From NCBI GenBank assembly GCA_948744995.1, contig CAPZCD010000002.1, positions 1 to 38,752 on the forward strand: DNA of 38,752 nt. The letters run 5' to 3'. This document shows, piece by piece, positions 35,662-38,752 of this stretch. The notes below the pieces were generated by a model. It did no database searches and was not told the origin of the DNA. It worked only from the letters and a program-made list of their open reading frames with translations. Every line of letters starts with the position of its first letter. The first letter of the stretch is position 1. Both the position numbers and the translations under genes were made by a program. The DNA comes from an uncultured Rickettsiales bacterium. GTDB lineage: Bacteria > Pseudomonadota > Alphaproteobacteria > Rickettsiales > UBA1997.

Positions 35662-36717
35662 ATGGCTGTATTACAGGAAAATTGGAAAGATTTGATATTA
35701 CCGGAAGTGGCTAATGTGGAATATAAGGATGGTAGTGATAAAAAGGCAGTTATAACTCTAGAACCTCTCGAAAGAGGCTATGGTATAACACTCGGCAATG
35801 CTTTGAGGAGAATTTTACTTTCTTCTATAAAAGGTTTTGCAGTTACTGCTGTTAAGATAGATGGGGTTTTACACGAATATAGCGCTATAAATGGTGTAAG
35901 AGAGGATGTTGCGGATATAATAATGAACATAAAATCATTAATAATAGATAAACCAACGCCTTCTTCCGCTGTATTAAAGTTGAAATTGGATAAAAAGGGT
36001 ACAATCTATGCTAAGGATATAGTTTTAAGTAATAATGTTAAAATTTTAAATCCTGATTTGGTTATTTGTAACGTGGAAGACTCAAAGGTTAATCTGAATA
36101 TAGAAATGACGGTTGAATATGGTATGGGTTACTCTTTAAATGAAGAAAAAGATGCTACCGAAAAAGAGGTTTCCGTTATCTATTTGGATAGTTTATTTAG
36201 TCCGGTTAAAAAAGTTTCCTATTCGGTTGAAAATGCCAGAATAGGGCAGAGGACCGATTATGATAAGCTTATACTTGAAGTTGAAACCAATGGTACCATA
36301 AAACCCGATGAAGCTGTTGGAACAGCAGCTAGAATTTTACAAACGCAACTTAATGTATTCGTAAAATTTGAATCAGCTGGTGGTGATAAAGGTGGTAATT
36401 TTGCTGGTGCTCCAATTCAAGCTACCGGTGACAACCTAAAGAGTATTTTAGCAAAAGAAATCGATGAGATGGAATTATCTGTTAGATCCTATAATTGTTT
36501 GATTAATGAAGGGATAAGATATATAGCTGACTTGGTTCAAAAAAGTGAAATGGACGTGATGAGGTTACCAAATTTTGGTAGAAAATCATTAATTGAACTT
36601 AGGGAAAGTTTAAAGGCTATGGGATTAAGTTTTGATATGAAACTTGAGCCAGATATGCTACCGGTACAGGAAGTAGCACCAGAAGGAACTTATCCTAGAA
36701 AGAAAAAAAGAAGTTAA
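35662..36717 (+). CDS. rpoA: DNA-directed RNA polymerase subunit alpha
   Basis: LEPLERGYGITLGNALRRILLSSI.G.AVT.VKIDGV.HE, C-terminal domain ELSVRSYNCL..EGI.YI.DLV...E.....LPNFG+KSL.E. Confidence 0.95.
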   Translation: MAVLQENWKDLILPEVANVEYKDGSDKKAVITLEPLERGYGITLGNALRRILLSSIKGFAVTAVKIDGVLHEYSAINGVREDVADIIMNIKSLIIDKPTPSSAVLKLKLDKKGTIYAKDIVLSNNVKILNPDLVICNVEDSKVNLNIEMTVEYGMGYSLNEEKDATEKEVSVIYLDSLFSPVKKVSYSVENARIGQRTDYDKLILEVETNGTIKPDEAVGTAARILQTQLNVFVKFESAGGDKGGNFAGAPIQATGDNLKSILAKEIDEMELSVRSYNCLINEGIRYIADLVQKSEMDVMRLPNFGRKSLIELRESLKAMGLSFDMKLEPDMLPVQEVAPEGTYPRKKKRS

Positions 36718-36726
36718 GGAGCTGTT

Positions 36727-37080
36727 ATGAGACATCAAATGAAACACAGAAAATTGAATAGAAATAGTGCTCACAGAAAAGCTATGCTAATGAATATGTC
36801 TAATTCTCTTATAGGTAGTGGTAGAATTAAAACAACTTTACCGAAAGCTAAAGAGTTGAGACCTTTTGTAGAAAAAATGGTAACTCTAGGGAAAAAAGGT
36901 GACCTAAATAGTAGAAGGATAGCTATTTCTATACTAAGAAGTGAGGATGCAGTTGCTAAGTTATTTGGTAAGCTATCCGATCAATTTAGAGATAGGAAAG
37001 GTGGTTATACTAGAATAATAAAATATGGTTTTAGGTATGGTGACAATGCACCTATGGCTATAATAGAATTTGTTGAATAG
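36727..37080 (+). CDS. rplQ: 50S ribosomal protein L17
   Basis: MRH....[16 protein letters not shown]...L......[24 protein letters not shown]...R.GD.APMAIIE. Confidence 0.95.
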   Translation: MRHQMKHRKLNRNSAHRKAMLMNMSNSLIGSGRIKTTLPKAKELRPFVEKMVTLGKKGDLNSRRIAISILRSEDAVAKLFGKLSDQFRDRKGGYTRIIKYGFRYGDNAPMAIIEFVE

Positions 37081-37088
37081 GAGAAGTT

Positions 37089-37469
37089 ATGACTAATGTA
37101 TTGGATAAATTTAACGAACAGCAAGTTCAAAGTTTAAAATCAGATAGAGAATTTCCTGATTATAGTGTTGGGGACAATGTGAAGGTTAGCTATAGGATAC
37201 TTGAAGGTGATTCCAGTAGGATTCAGATATTTGAAGGTGTTGTAATAGCTAAAGAAAAGCAAAAAAATAATTTTAACAGTACCATAACTGTTAGAAAAAT
37301 TAGCCAGAATATAGGTGTGGAAAGAAAGTTTCTTATTCATTCACCTTTAGTAGAAAAAATAGAAATTACCAAGAAAGGTGTTGTTAGAAGGGGTAAACTG
37401 TACTATTTAAGAAATCTAAAAGGTAAATCTGCCAGAATAAAAGAGAAAATAGAAAATTCTAATAAATAA
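37089..37469 (+). CDS. rplS: 50S ribosomal protein L19
   Basis: FP.YSVGD.VKV.YRI.EG...RIQ.FEGVVIA.......S..TVRKIS..IGVER.F..HSP...KIE....G.VRR.KLYYLR. Confidence 0.93.
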   Translation: MTNVLDKFNEQQVQSLKSDREFPDYSVGDNVKVSYRILEGDSSRIQIFEGVVIAKEKQKNNFNSTITVRKISQNIGVERKFLIHSPLVEKIEITKKGVVRRGKLYYLRNLKGKSARIKEKIENSNK

Positions 37470-37500
37470 TAACTATTGTTTTTAAACGAAATTAAATTAT

Positions 37501-37529
37501 ACACGATACAGCTTGTATCGTGTTTTTTT
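37501..37529 (+). terminator. Rho-independent terminator after rplS
   Basis: Perfect 9-bp stem acacgatac/gtatcgtgt (37501-37509 / 37515-37523), a 5-nt loop, then a run of T to 37529. It lies 31 nt after the rplS stop, and the T-tract runs directly into the trmL ATG at 37530. Confidence 0.7.
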
Positions 37530-37979
37530 ATGAAAATTGCTTTGTACCAGCCGGATATAGCGGGTAATGTAGGGACAATAATAAGAACTTGTGCGTGCCT
37601 GGATCTTTGTTTAGATATAATAGAACCTTGTGGTTTTCCTTTTGATGAGGGCAAAATAAGAAGGTCGGCTATGGATTACTATGATTATGTTAAAATAAAT
37701 AGATTTTCTTCTTTTGAAGAGTTTAGGGACTATAATAAGAATTTTAGAATTGTGCTATTAACTACAAAGTCCCCCACCAACTATTATAATTTTAAATTTC
37801 AGAAAAATGATGTACTATTGGCGGGTAGAGAATCTGCTGGAGTTCCGCATGAAATTCACCAATCTGTTGATGCTAGAGTGGTTATTCCCATGAAAAATGA
37901 TATGAGATGTCTTAATGTTGCAGTGAGTTTGTCTATGGTTGTTGGTTGGGCTAGGGGTGGCTTACAAAGTTTTAATTAG
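37530..37979 (+). CDS. trmL: SpoU/TrmL-type tRNA (cytidine/uridine-2'-O)-methyltransferase
   Basis: MKIALYQPDIAGNVGTIIRTCA, LLAGRESAGVP, IPM.....R.LNVAVS..MV. A ~150-aa single-domain SPOUT enzyme like TrmL. The track ORF starts at 37476, but that stretch overlaps the terminator hairpin. Confidence 0.8.
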   Translation: MKIALYQPDIAGNVGTIIRTCACLDLCLDIIEPCGFPFDEGKIRRSAMDYYDYVKINRFSSFEEFRDYNKNFRIVLLTTKSPTNYYNFKFQKNDVLLAGRESAGVPHEIHQSVDARVVIPMKNDMRCLNVAVSLSMVVGWARGGLQSFN

Positions 37980-38111
37980 ATAGTGTGTATTGTTGTTCAT
38001 ATAATTGGTTTTTAAATCTTTGTGAATAATATTTATTTATCTTAACTTACTAATAATATTATTAGAATATAAGTTTTTCAACCGAAAAAAATGACATTTA
38101 ATTTTAATAAT

Positions 38112-38150
38112 TTAACCCCAACCTCGCTTTTTAAATTTTCTTAAATTCTT
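38112..38150. repeat. 39-nt terminal inverted repeat (left end of the IS982-family element), partner of 56..94
   Basis: Exact reverse complement of 56..94. Confidence 0.8.
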
Positions 38151-38242
38151 TAAAAGCCCTTGAAAAATAAAGATGGGAAGTCAATTATATAAAAATTTAA
38201 CATTAAAAACTTCCCATTATGATGATAACATTGGAGAACATA

Positions 38243-38752
38243 ATGATCAATATCTTTGTTGAGGTGGACGATTTTTATAAAACCATTATCCCTTCAATGG
38301 ATGAGTATATTGCAGAATATAACCATAATAACAATGGAAAAAGAGTCTATAGAATCAGAAAAGATACTCTATCAGAAAGTGAAATAATAACCATTCTTAT
38401 ATTATATCAATTAAGTTCCTGTAAGAATCTTAAAAAGTTTTATATGGAATATAACGGAATTCTAAAGACATATTTTCCTAAACTACCCTGCTACAATAGA
38501 TTTCTAATGCTAGAGAGAAAAATAACCCATCTATTGCCTTCATTTATATCACATCTTTTTGGTGAAGAAACAGGCATCTACTATATAGACAGTACACCAT
38601 TAGCAGTTTGTAGAAACCAAAGAATACATAAACATAAAACATTCAGAGATTTAGCAGAAAGAGGTAAAAGTTCTATGGGATGGTTCTATGGTTTTAAACT
38701 ACATCTCATCATAAACAATGAAGGAGAACTGATGAATTTTAAACTGACTAAG
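38243..38752 (+). CDS. IS982-family DDE transposase, N-terminal 170 codons (partial, open at the window end)
   Basis: Read manually: MINIFVEVDDFYK...LSESEIITILILYQLSSCKNLKKFYMEY...FPKLPCYNRFLMLERK...IYYIDSTPLAVCRNQRIHKHKTF...AERGKSSMGWFYGFKLHLIINNEGELMNFKLT. This matches the remembered IS982 signature (IDSTPL.VC...RI..HKVF...A..GK.S.GWFYGFKLHL.IN..GE...F.LT). Confidence 0.8.
   Translation, partial: MINIFVEVDDFYKTIIPSMDEYIAEYNHNNNGKRVYRIRKDTLSESEIITILILYQLSSCKNLKKFYMEYNGILKTYFPKLPCYNRFLMLERKITHLLPSFISHLFGEETGIYYIDSTPLAVCRNQRIHKHKTFRDLAERGKSSMGWFYGFKLHLIINNEGELMNFKLTK

Larger units (their letters stand above)
38112..38752 (+). mobile_element. IS982-family insertion sequence, 5' part (runs off the window)
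   Basis: Terminal IR at 38112-38150 followed ~90 nt later by a transposase ORF with IS982-type motifs. Confidence 0.75.

Noticed and set aside
38173-38242. ATG at 38173 as an alternative transposase start
   Set aside because: It is in a different frame from the IS982-like ORF. The homologous reading frame starts at ATG 38243 (MINIFVEVDDFYK...).
1-38752. Composite transposon formed by the two flanking IS ends
   Set aside because: The enclosed 38 kb is core chromosome (ribosomal superoperon, dnaB, secY, rpoA). The IS copies are better interpreted as independent insertions and recombination substrates than as a mobile composite unit.

Overview
This is an AT-rich 38.7-kb chromosomal window whose gene content and operon layout fit a reduced, host-associated alphaproteobacterium (Rickettsiales/Holosporales-like). 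That placement is an inference from three things: an S10-spc-alpha operon with adk after secY and no infA/rpmJ/rpsD, an orphan virB2 pilin gene, and the IS load. The right half (23.8-38.0 kb) holds the complete ribosomal superoperon rpsJ...rplQ, including a short rpmC missing from the ORF track, with rplS and trmL appended. The left half mixes housekeeping genes (fabI, ssb, gltX, hflK/hflC, glmU, lgt, dnaB, cvpA, pyk) with accessory or orphan genes. The most striking accessory feature is a tandem pair of eukaryote-type R2R3-Myb DNA-binding proteins with Sec-type signal peptides. They sit between a CsgG-like and an LPP20-like envelope protein gene. The other accessory genes are a VirB2/TrbC-type T4SS pilin with two small overlapping ORFs, a TMEM43/LUMA-family membrane protein, and a membrane-anchored hyper-acidic protein upstream of hflKC. 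There is also a pair of tandem orphan paralogs; the second is interrupted exactly at a T_TTA_AAA slippery heptamer. The window is bounded by IS ends: an IS terminus at 1..94 has truncated an eptA-like gene, and an IS982-family element starts at 38112. No rRNA, tRNA or CRISPR array was recognised. All homology statements come from reading the translations by eye and from remembered family motifs, not from database searches.
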